From an uncultured bacterium (GTDB lineage: Bacteria > CAYUVA01), in contig CAYUVA010000018.1 in assembly GCA_964448115.1 (NCBI GenBank), forward strand, positions 1-64,000: a DNA stretch of 64,000 nt, read 5' to 3'. Position 1 is the first letter of the stretch. Every line of letters starts with the position of its first letter. The notes under the pieces were generated by a model. The model ran no database searches. It was not told the DNA's origin and saw only the letters and a list, made by a program, of their open reading frames with translations. Shown piece by piece: positions 50,379-58,386 of this stretch. The position numbers and the translations under genes were made by a program.

Positions 50379-51656
50379 TCATTCATCTACGGTCAGGGCA
50401 GGCCAGGAGCCTATCTCCTTACTAAGGATATTGAACAGGACAAAATCTAGCCGGATAGCAATCACTGGCATTCCCGATGGAAGATCAGTTCGATAGCCGT
50501 AGAATTTATCTCCCGCGCCGAAGTCCCCGTATCTGCCATTATCATACATGATAAGCCCTGTATCCATCCCCTGGTGATATATCCGTACAGTGAAGACATT
50601 GGGATCGGTTATATATGCGAGCATCTGAAGCATTCCTCCCTGCTCGCTGCTTAACCTCGTGTCCCAGTAACCACCAAGTAACACATCTGCGACCATCGGT
50701 GTTGTGGTCGGAGTTGCCGAGGGTGTTGTAGTGAAGGTTGCAGTCGGTGTTCGGGTTGGAGTCTCGGTAGGGGTCCAGGTGCTGGTTGGAGTAGTAGTAG
50801 GCGAGGCGGTTGAGGTTGCGGTTGGTGTAGTTGTAGGAGTGGTGGTCGGGAGCATAGTCGGGGTGTAAGTACCGAAGCCGATAGCGAGCCAGTTGCTGTA
50901 TTCGCTCTCGTTATCTCCCTTATCATAAGCCGAAACTACAAACAGGGTAAGGGTTTGTTGGTTGAGATCGATCCATCCTTTGCGGGCGGTTGGATCGCTG
51001 ATTTCGAGCATGTTCGGATAATAGCCCTGCTCGGGACCCCAATATAATCTGAAACCTGCCAAGTCCGACTCGAATGACTTTTCCCAGGTAAGCTCTATGT
51101 TCAGGTCCCCTATATCATCAGCAGCTAAAAGTTCAGGCGTATAAGGTGGCATTGCGAGCAGTTGATCGATCTTGTTGCGCATGGCGGTCAAGCCCTGCTG
51201 GTAGCCGCGTTGAGTCATCGCTATCACCATATCGCGACCGATAATGGTATTATGCGGAATCCCTCGCACATCGTAATCGTTTGCAGTAGCGCCGCTAGGA
51301 TCCGATAGCACCGGGTGGGTAAGACCATATTGATCCCGCCAGGCTCTAATATCCTCGATGTTCTCTTGTATTCCTATGGATGCGACCATTACTCCCTGAG
51401 CGCGATATTCTTCCCATAATTCCTGGAGTTCGGGAGCCTCCCGACGACAGTATGTACACCAGCTCTGCCAGAAGTTAAGAGCGATGATGTAGCCTGTGTA
51501 GTCGCTCAGGGTGAACAAGGTATTATTGCAATCGTATAGACTGAAGTCTGGAGCGTATTGCTCCGGCATAGCCCGGATATCGGAAAACATTGATGAAAAG
51601 AACAAGGCTACCAGGATGCTTATGGTTACATCCGAGTTGATCCTAATTTGTTTCAT
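50379..51656 (-). CDS. Secreted TlpA/ResA-like redoxin + FN3 + Thr/Pro linker + conserved C-terminal domain
   Basis: APDFSL, LNFWQSWCTYC (CxxC), RGIPH; LTWEKSFESDLAGFRLYWG; PT tract; CTD DVLLGGYWDT...WPALTVDE. Confidence 0.87.
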   Translation of the reverse strand: MKQIRINSDVTISILVALFFSSMFSDIRAMPEQYAPDFSLYDCNNTLFTLSDYTGYIIALNFWQSWCTYCRREAPELQELWEEYRAQGVMVASIGIQENIEDIRAWRDQYGLTHPVLSDPSGATANDYDVRGIPHNTIIGRDMVIAMTQRGYQQGLTAMRNKIDQLLAMPPYTPELLAADDIGDLNIELTWEKSFESDLAGFRLYWGPEQGYYPNMLEISDPTARKGWIDLNQQTLTLFVVSAYDKGDNESEYSNWLAIGFGTYTPTMLPTTTPTTTPTATSTASPTTTPTSTWTPTETPTRTPTATFTTTPSATPTTTPMVADVLLGGYWDTRLSSEQGGMLQMLAYITDPNVFTVRIYHQGMDTGLIMYDNGRYGDFGAGDKFYGYRTDLPSGMPVIAIRLDFVLFNILSKEIGSWPALTVDE

Positions 51657-51804
51657 TAGTATAAACCTCTTTTGATAGCAAGTTTGTAAAATCCTATCAT
51701 ACTACTTGATTATTCCCAAGCTGATAATAGCTATCCCATCTCCAGGTATAACATACAAAGATGTCTAAACTATTCCCTTTTTTATAATCGAATCTTTTGT
51801 ACCA

Positions 51805-51832
51805 TTGAATCCCCTCTCCAACCTGTTAAAAT
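51805..51832 (+). promoter_or_regulatory. Putative extended -10 sigma70 promoter for tsaC
   Basis: TTGAAT-N16-TAAAAT with TGn immediately before the -10. Confidence 0.5.
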
Positions 51833-51850
51833 ATTTAGATAGGTAGTCTT

Positions 51851-52492
51851 ATGCGTGTGTTATCGGGCTTTTTCAAGGATGAGTACTCAGAGCTTGTTTG
51901 CAATGCCTTAAGCTCTGGCGCTGTTGTCATTGCGCCCACTGACACAAGCTATATGCTAGGGGCTGATGCGACTAGTCAAGCTGCTGTCAGGCGGGTCTTC
52001 GAGATAAAGTATAGAGATCTCAGCAAGCCGGTCAGCATCGCGGTAGAGTCGGTTACTACAGCCCGTAAGTTCGTCAATTGGACTCAAGCAGCTCAGAGGC
52101 TCGCCGAGGCATTCCTCCCCGGAGCCTTGACCTTAATGTTAAGATGCAAAGTTGACCTGCCATTGGGCGTTATTTCATCGGCGGGACTAGTAGGAATCAG
52201 GATCCCCGGTAATCCGCTTACACTTCAGATACTAAGAGCCTGGGGGGGAGCTTTGACCGCAACCAGCGCTAACTTATCAGGGGAAGATGAACCTTATGAT
52301 ATCGCTCAAGTGCTCGCTCAATTGCAGGTTAAGCTCAGAGATGATGATATCATCTTCGATGCGGGAGAGTTACCGAAAAACAAGCCATCTACCATAGTGG
52401 ATCTATCAGGCTCTGATGCGAAGCTAATCAGGGAGGGCAATATTCCTTTTACTAAGATAATGGAAGTCCTGGACAGTAACAGGAAAAAATAA
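51851..52492 (+). CDS. tsaC: L-threonylcarbamoyladenylate synthase (TsaC/YrdC/Sua5)
   Basis: PTDTSY, IKYR..SKP, PGALTL, GIRIP, TSANLSG, PSTIVD. Confidence 0.93.
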   Translation: MRVLSGFFKDEYSELVCNALSSGAVVIAPTDTSYMLGADATSQAAVRRVFEIKYRDLSKPVSIAVESVTTARKFVNWTQAAQRLAEAFLPGALTLMLRCKVDLPLGVISSAGLVGIRIPGNPLTLQILRAWGGALTATSANLSGEDEPYDIAQVLAQLQVKLRDDDIIFDAGELPKNKPSTIVDLSGSDAKLIREGNIPFTKIMEVLDSNRKK

Positions 52493-52540
52493 TAGTATCG
52501 TATTAACTCGGTAGCACGATATCACGGTATCACGGTTATT

Positions 52541-52888
52541 ATGGCAAGGTTCATCAACGAGACCAAAGGTACTGTCATTGCTGACAAGGGCATTATCGCC
52601 TCGTCGCCGGCAGCAAGGGCGCAAGGCTTGCTGGGCAAGGATAATATAAAGCCAGGCGAGGGGCTGCTTATAACGCCTTGCAGCTCCATACATACATTTT
52701 TCATGCATTTTGCAATTGATGTCATCTATCTCGACTCTGAACATCGAGTGGTGAAGCTGGTAGAGAGCTTGAAGCCCTGGCGTATATCGGTGGGTGGCAA
52801 AGGCAGCAAAGAGGTTATCGAGGTGCCGGTCTTGACTATCAGGAATACAAAAACCGAGCTCGGCGACAGGATAAAGATTGAGGAATAA
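52541..52888 (+). CDS. DUF192 family protein
   Basis: ARAQGLLG, GLLITPCSSIHTFFMHFAIDVIYLD. Confidence 0.88.
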   Translation: MARFINETKGTVIADKGIIASSPAARAQGLLGKDNIKPGEGLLITPCSSIHTFFMHFAIDVIYLDSEHRVVKLVESLKPWRISVGGKGSKEVIEVPVLTIRNTKTELGDRIKIEE

Positions 52889-53029
52889 TATTCTTCTCAC
52901 ATACAATCACACCAGCCCACAACAGCTAAAAAAATCTTTTAGCTGCCACCTTTAGTGTGTTATTATTAGCACCTGAAAGAAATTGCTAATCAAATTTAGC
53001 CTATTGATAAAAATAAAAAGGAATGGGTA

Positions 53030-54157
53030 ATGGCAAACATCGGAATCGACATCAGAAAGCTGGATGACTACGGAATCGGGACCTACCTTTACAACCTGGT
53101 CCGGTATATCCCCGAGCTGGACAGCGACAACCGGTACTTTCTTTTCTATGATCCAAAGGATGCCCTGACCATCGGTAAGCTCAAGGGAAGAAACATCGAG
53201 GTAATTGAAGAACGATCCTGCAAGCGCGGCTTCAGCCAACACCTCGCTTTACCAGCCAAGGTAAAACGCTACAACCTGCAGGTCTTCCACAGCCCACACT
53301 ATATAACCCCCATGAGAAAGACCAAAGCCTGCAAGCGCATAGTTACCATCCACGATATGAGTTACATGGTCTGTATGGATATAATGCCCTGGAATATTCG
53401 CTACCAGTTTACCTATATGCAGATGATGCGCAGCGTATTCCTGGCTGACAAGATAATCACCGTCTCCGAGGCATCGGCTGCCGACATCGCAAAGTTGCTC
53501 CAGGTTCCCAGGGATCGCATCAAGGTCATACACAATGCGGTCGATCTCGCCTTCTTCAGGGATCATCTAAAGGATGATAACCCGCTGGCTGAGCTGCTAG
53601 GAAGGCGTCCTTATGTGCTTTATGTCGGGTCCTTTCTGCCGCACAAGAACATTCTCAATCTCCTGCTCGCCTTTGACCTTGCGGCATCTAGGGACAAGGA
53701 TATAGCCCTGGTGCTGGTCGGGGACCAGTTGGAGTCCGATATGCAGCTCAGGCAGTTGCTGGATGCGCTGCCGTGTCGGGAGCGAGTATTCTCGGTCGGC
53801 AAACTGCCCATGGAGCAGCTCGTCCCCATATATCGCGATGCGAGGCTATTAACCCTGGTGTCTCTGTACGAGGGCTTCGGGCTGCCGGCTCTGGAGGCGA
53901 TGGCTTGCTACACGCCGGTTGTTGCATCTTATGTGCCTGCACTTAAAGAGGTTTGCAAGGACGCAGCGTTCTTCGTCGATCCCTATAACCGAGAGGAGAT
54001 CGCAGATGGAATGCGCACAATCCTTACCGATTCCAGGCTAGCGAGGGAGCTTGTGGAAAAGGGGGACATGCTAGTCTCTGGATTCCCCACCTGGAAGGAC
54101 GCATCATCGAGAACCATAGATGCGTATAGAAACCTGTTGACAGTAAAGTGTCTCTAG
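53030..54157 (+). CDS. Glycosyltransferase family 4
   Basis: GIGTY, TIHD, TVSEAS, PHKN, SLYEGFGLPALEAMAC. Confidence 0.93.
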   Translation: MANIGIDIRKLDDYGIGTYLYNLVRYIPELDSDNRYFLFYDPKDALTIGKLKGRNIEVIEERSCKRGFSQHLALPAKVKRYNLQVFHSPHYITPMRKTKACKRIVTIHDMSYMVCMDIMPWNIRYQFTYMQMMRSVFLADKIITVSEASAADIAKLLQVPRDRIKVIHNAVDLAFFRDHLKDDNPLAELLGRRPYVLYVGSFLPHKNILNLLLAFDLAASRDKDIALVLVGDQLESDMQLRQLLDALPCRERVFSVGKLPMEQLVPIYRDARLLTLVSLYEGFGLPALEAMACYTPVVASYVPALKEVCKDAAFFVDPYNREEIADGMRTILTDSRLARELVEKGDMLVSGFPTWKDASSRTIDAYRNLLTVKCL

Positions 54158-54159
54158 TA

Positions 54160-54240
54160 CTGGATTTACGCCTTCGCGGGCATGACAAGGGGGGCAAAGC
54201 ATACCCTCGGTCTGTCATTCCCGCGCAGGCGGGAATCGAG
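54160..54240. repeat. Inverted pair of GTCATTCC-type REP-like palindromes (family A) between convergent genes
   Basis: CTGGATTTACGCCTTCGCGGGCATGACA (54160-54187) and TGTCATTCCCGCGCAGGCGGGAATCGAG (54213-54240). Confidence 0.8.
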
Positions 54241-54316
54241 GAACCTTACACAAGAAAAGGAAACCCTGGAGAGCACTCTTAAGAAAGCTCTCGAATTCAA
54301 CCGTAAAGAAAACATT

Positions 54317-55843
54317 TTAAATTGACCTAACTAGGTTTTTAAGTTCAACGATTGTATTACGCAGGGCTTGAAGGTTGCGCAACTTCAACAGGAATCTCAA
54401 TATATACCCTGAGCGGAAATAGAAACGGCGATATGCGCTCCTGCGGAGGCGGATCAGCTCCTCGGACGGTAGCTCGCCGGCTGAGATGGTTCTGGAAGTG
54501 CTGCTGTCCCAGCAATATGGCGCAGGGGTTGCCTCATCATCGGCAGCATCGGGGATCTGTTTGTTTGGTTGGATGATCGAGGATTTTACCCTCTCCCTAT
54601 GGGAGATGGCAGGGGGAGAGGGTCTTTCACTCTCCGTTTGGGGTAGCGCCTGGGGGCTGAAGGCGCTCCCCCAGTCTGGTGTGGCTACCGAAAACGATGC
54701 AAAATCTATCGGCAACGACCGCGCAAGATCTATGGTCTCCTCGACCTGCCGAGCGCTCTCGCCGGGGAGTCCGAGCATAAAATATCCCAACACATCGAGC
54801 CTTGCTCGCTTCAGCCCGGCGACCGCCTCCCTAATGCCATCGAGGCTAATCCCCTTCTTGTGGCGCTTGAGCATCTCCTCGCTGCCGCTCTCGATGCCGA
54901 CATTGACCAGGTGGCAGCCGGCTTGCGCCATTGCCATAGCCAGCACCTTATCGTGAAAGCGCAGGTCATAGTTGCATATCCAGGACACATCAAGCCCCGC
55001 CCGCAGGATCGCCTCGCATAGCTCAAAAAGGTGCTTCTTGCCCAGGTTCATGGTCGGGTCCTGAAAGAGTATCTCCCTTATGCCTAGTGCGCTCAGGTAT
55101 CGCAGTTCATGGATGACATCCTCCACTGGGCGCTTGCTGTAGGGGATGGCTCGGATGGCGCAAAACGAGCATCCCATCCCGCACCCCTTTGAGGTAACCA
55201 CTACGGTGAACGGATTGCGCTTGCAGGCAGCCATCCTGTAGCTGTCGAGGTTGAACAGCTCGTGCCTCGGCATCGGCACCTGGAAGCAATTCCTTGAATG
55301 ATCCCTTTCCCCCTGGGATGGGATTGGGGTGAGTGCCTCAGGTCTCACATCCGAGTAAATATCGCGGTTATTTGCCCTGTATGCGATGGAGTTGAAACTG
55401 CTCTCCTTGCCTTTAAGATACTCCAGTATCTCAGGCGAGGCATAGTCGCAGAGGCAGGCGTCCAGCCCATCGAAACGCTCCAGGTAATACCGCGCGCAGA
55501 AATAGAAGATGGCGCTGGATGCGATCAGCCTGAATCCGAGCTTTGCCTTTAACGGCAGAAGAAAACCCATATCCTGCTCCATGGTCGCCGAGCCGGTGGC
55601 GAAGATGATGATACCAGGGGATAGCTGCTCGATCTGCTTGGTGCAGTCGTTTGGCGACATTCTCGGCATCATCGCATCGAGGACGCTTATGTCGAATTCG
55701 AGGTTGAGCAGCCCGCTCAGGTAGATCAGGTCCTGTGGTGGCCAGTAGTAAGCCCCCTTTGAGGAGAAGCTGCAATAGTAGTCTCGGATATATAGCTTAT
55801 CGCCCGGTGGATTTAGCAGTAATAGCCTTCCTTCTTTTGGCAT
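54317..55843 (-). CDS. Cobalamin-dependent-type radical SAM protein carrying two in-frame palindromic insertions
   Basis: LLLNPP N-terminus, TSKGCGMGCSFC, GIESGS, YFMLGLPGES, AYRRFYFR. Confidence 0.88.
   Translation of the reverse strand: MPKEGRLLLLNPPGDKLYIRDYYCSFSSKGAYYWPPQDLIYLSGLLNLEFDISVLDAMMPRMSPNDCTKQIEQLSPGIIIFATGSATMEQDMGFLLPLKAKLGFRLIASSAIFYFCARYYLERFDGLDACLCDYASPEILEYLKGKESSFNSIAYRANNRDIYSDVRPEALTPIPSQGERDHSRNCFQVPMPRHELFNLDSYRMAACKRNPFTVVVTSKGCGMGCSFCAIRAIPYSKRPVEDVIHELRYLSALGIREILFQDPTMNLGKKHLFELCEAILRAGLDVSWICNYDLRFHDKVLAMAMAQAGCHLVNVGIESGSEEMLKRHKKGISLDGIREAVAGLKRARLDVLGYFMLGLPGESARQVEETIDLARSLPIDFASFSVATPDWGSAFSPQALPQTESERPSPPAISHRERVKSSIIQPNKQIPDAADDEATPAPYCWDSSTSRTISAGELPSEELIRLRRSAYRRFYFRSGYILRFLLKLRNLQALRNTIVELKNLVRSI
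54589..54663. repeat. CCCTCTCCC...GGGAGAGGG palindromic repeats (family C) within a CDS
   Basis: CCCTCTCCCTATGGGAGATGGCAGGGGGAGAGGG plus a degenerate tandem copy; third copy at 55303-55335. Confidence 0.7.
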
Positions 55844-55887
55844 TGCGCGGTAGCCCTCTTTTTATTCACAGCAAATGAAGACTCAGT

Positions 55888-56526
55888 TCACTTCTTTTTG
55901 CCTTTGGCTGTGATTATCGGCTTACCATCTTTTATTGTTACGGTGAACTCGACCACATCCGCACCGTGCTTCTTCTTTATATCATTCGCCCGTTTGGATA
56001 GTATCTTGGTCAGCTTCTCCTGGGAGATGGTTTTATTTGCGCCTACTAACTGTGAAGCCTTGTTATAGTTATCATGCAGAGATTTCATGGTGGCTTGTTC
56101 ATTATGAGGGTCTTTTGTCATTACACTGAACTTGAAGTCCTCTGGATGTGCCTTTAACACTCTCTCCTTTGCCTCCCTGGATTCCTTGAGCGCTTCCTTC
56201 AGGTAGGCATGCAATCCTCCCTTCCTGCCGTACATGACGACATTGTCCATCTGGCGCATTTTCTTATACCAAAGCTCCCTCATGCTGTTATAACGAGCCA
56301 CTACATTAAAATAGCGGAATCGGTCAGCGCTTTTCTTTAGTTGATCGCCAACATACTTGTGCACCAGCTTGTTGAAAGCGATCTCGGTGAAGTTGGGTGG
56401 TCGTTTGAGCGCACCTGCGAAATACTGATTGTACTCGGAGCGCAGCTTGCGGAGCAACATCTCCATCTCAGCCAGGTCCTCCTCGAACTGGAGGCGATCG
56501 AACTCTTCCTTTACCTTCTTAGCCAT
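55888..56526 (-). CDS. Conserved hypothetical protein resembling the MXAN_5187 C-terminal domain
   Basis: LRSEYNQYFAG..KRPP, RFRY......YNSMRELW, C-terminal VEFTVTIKDGKPIITAK. Confidence 0.7.
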   Translation of the reverse strand: MAKKVKEEFDRLQFEEDLAEMEMLLRKLRSEYNQYFAGALKRPPNFTEIAFNKLVHKYVGDQLKKSADRFRYFNVVARYNSMRELWYKKMRQMDNVVMYGRKGGLHAYLKEALKESREAKERVLKAHPEDFKFSVMTKDPHNEQATMKSLHDNYNKASQLVGANKTISQEKLTKILSKRANDIKKKHGADVVEFTVTIKDGKPIITAKGKKK

Positions 56527-56541
56527 CCATTGATCACCCGA

Positions 56542-56931
56542 TCAACGATTCCCTATATTCAATACTTTAAGAAGCGGAAGCCAAAGGCTTTGGGCAAACG
56601 GTCTCGGCTTGCCGTTGAAATAAAGCTCGAAGTCCTCGTTGCCCTCGACAAGTTCCAAGACTGGTCGAAGAAGGCTAAGTTCATTAATCGGTATAGTTAT
56701 GCAGTGTTCAGAATGATCCTTGCTTTCGCTTCGCGAGTATCCCTTGAATTCGGTGAGCTTGTTAATCAATTCCGGTGAGGCGTCCTTGGTTGCTTTAACC
56801 ACGATATTCACTAGCAGGCACTCGCGGGTGAGTCGGTTTTCGTGTAGGTTGAATCCGCAGCGGGGGCATACCTCGGTAACGCCTTCTAAACCGCAATATG
56901 AGCAGAAGGTCTCTATGTTTTCGGAAATCAT
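56542..56931 (-). CDS. Hypothetical protein with N-terminal zinc ribbon
   Basis: CSYC...CPRC; C-terminal NGKPRPFAQSLWLPL; co-oriented 15 bp upstream of the next gene. Confidence 0.7.
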   Translation of the reverse strand: MISENIETFCSYCGLEGVTEVCPRCGFNLHENRLTRECLLVNIVVKATKDASPELINKLTEFKGYSRSESKDHSEHCITIPINELSLLRPVLELVEGNEDFELYFNGKPRPFAQSLWLPLLKVLNIGNR

Positions 56932-57214
56932 TTTTTTATTATCTTATCTTGGTAAACAATTTGTACTTTTTTCTATCACACAACCAGATATCAGTCAATC
57001 GAGGCTGTTATGCAATCCATATTCAGGTCTATCTGGGAACTTATATCAGTTGGCTCGCCAGCATTTTCTTTAGATGAATGAAATCTAGCTTTTTAAGTGA
57101 AACTTATAAATATTAACTTGGTATGAAAATGCCATTGCAACCAGGAAAAACCAGGCTGAAAGCCAGCTAAGGAATGATGGGTGATAAGGGCTAGCAATGT
57201 CTTCAGATTCGTTG

Positions 57215-57391
57215 TTATCGAGGCACCTCGGAAAGTTGTCGTTGTCGCCACACCTTGAGAACAATGCCTATCAACGCCAATGCTGCGAAGATTCCCCCTG
57301 CAAAGAAGGTAAAGGATGCGCCGAGCCACTGAAGCGAGCAGAACAGATAAGGCAAGAGGGTAATGCCAGGGATTTTTCGCCTCGTTGCCAT
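57215..57391 (-). CDS. Possible small membrane protein (58 aa)
   Basis: Manual translation MATRRKIPGITLLPYLFCSLQWLGASFTFFAGGIFAALALIGIVLKVWRQRQLSEVPR; hydrophobic helix plus basic tail; below the ORF-track cutoff. Confidence 0.35.
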   Translation of the reverse strand: MATRRKIPGITLLPYLFCSLQWLGASFTFFAGGIFAALALIGIVLKVWRQRQLSEVPR

Positions 57392-57490
57392 GGATTGCCG
57401 GCATGTTCAATGCCCCGAACTTTCGTATTATTGCGGTTTGCAGGACGAATATACCGACAGCTTTCAGCCAGAACTTTATGTAAGAAACGA

Positions 57491-58363
57491 TTATCTCCCT
57501 CTATACCTCATCCTTTTGCTATGTTTTTGTCGAAGATGTTCTATGACCTCGCTTTCATGGTATTGCTCATCGCCCCTGAAGCGTGCAGCCAGGTAGCCAT
57601 AAAGCATGGCAGACCCCCCTAATAAATAAGGCGGGATGAACATGTTCTTGATCGCCCGTAAAGCCATAAATGGCAGCTTGTATCCCAGATACCACGCCAC
57701 TTCTCCGTGAACCGCCTTGCCTTTGATCGCTCCCAGTGTACTGCCTGTTCTGCGGTGGTGTATGAACCTTATTTCTGGGAAACTTCTCACTTTCCAGCCG
57801 AGCATCTCCGCCTTGAGTTCATCTATCGTATCCCAGCCTCTTCTGGGGATGATGCCGCCTACCTGCTTAAGCACTGTTGCTCGATAGAATTTGCACGCTC
57901 CCCGCACATGGTCTCCAGGCACCCTCTCTAGCTTCAATCCATGAACGGTTGGGGAATATGCGCCTCCGCCGGCGATACCGAGCGTTGGATCATTGTTGAA
58001 TTGCTCGATAATGCGCTCGAAGAAATCGACCTCGAAGCTGACATCGGTATCGAGAAAGACAACCAAGTCATGGATGCTGATATCGCCGGCGATGCCCAGC
58101 CCGTAGTGCAGCGCTGGCGCCCCGCCCTGCCTTTGCCGGGCAACCTTACCGGCAAAGGGATGCAGCTCGATCCAGGGATACTTCTCAGCGTAGGATTGAA
58201 CGATTTTTACCGTATCGTCCGTGGAGCCGTGATCCACTATGATCCAGCGCCCTGGCTTGATCGACTGGCTGATTACCGACTCGATGGTCTTAGCGATGAA
58301 CTCCTGTTCGTTTCTGGTCGGCGAGATTATAAGTATCTTCGGATGAACTTCCAGCTTATATAT
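57491..58363 (-). CDS. Glycosyltransferase family 2 (N-terminus extended relative to the ORF track)
   Basis: Open frame upstream of 58237 encodes KILIISPTRNEQEFIAKTIESVISQ...WIIVDHGSTD; LDTD DxD motif; GWDTIDE. Confidence 0.85.
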   Translation of the reverse strand: MYKLEVHPKILIISPTRNEQEFIAKTIESVISQSIKPGRWIIVDHGSTDDTVKIVQSYAEKYPWIELHPFAGKVARQRQGGAPALHYGLGIAGDISIHDLVVFLDTDVSFEVDFFERIIEQFNNDPTLGIAGGGAYSPTVHGLKLERVPGDHVRGACKFYRATVLKQVGGIIPRRGWDTIDELKAEMLGWKVRSFPEIRFIHHRRTGSTLGAIKGKAVHGEVAWYLGYKLPFMALRAIKNMFIPPYLLGGSAMLYGYLAARFRGDEQYHESEVIEHLRQKHSKRMRYRGR

Positions 58364-58386
58364 TCTATTGTCCTTGTTTATTCCCT

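Noticed and set aside
50695-50870. Tandem-repeat-like DNA in Thr/Pro tracts (also near 7950-8040 and 28045-28100)
   Set aside because: This is low-complexity protein linker with varied synonymous codons, not a DNA-level repeat array.
57093-57622. Track ORFs 57093-57410, 57197-57622 and 57363-57596
   Set aside because: They overlap one another and have atypical composition and no motifs.
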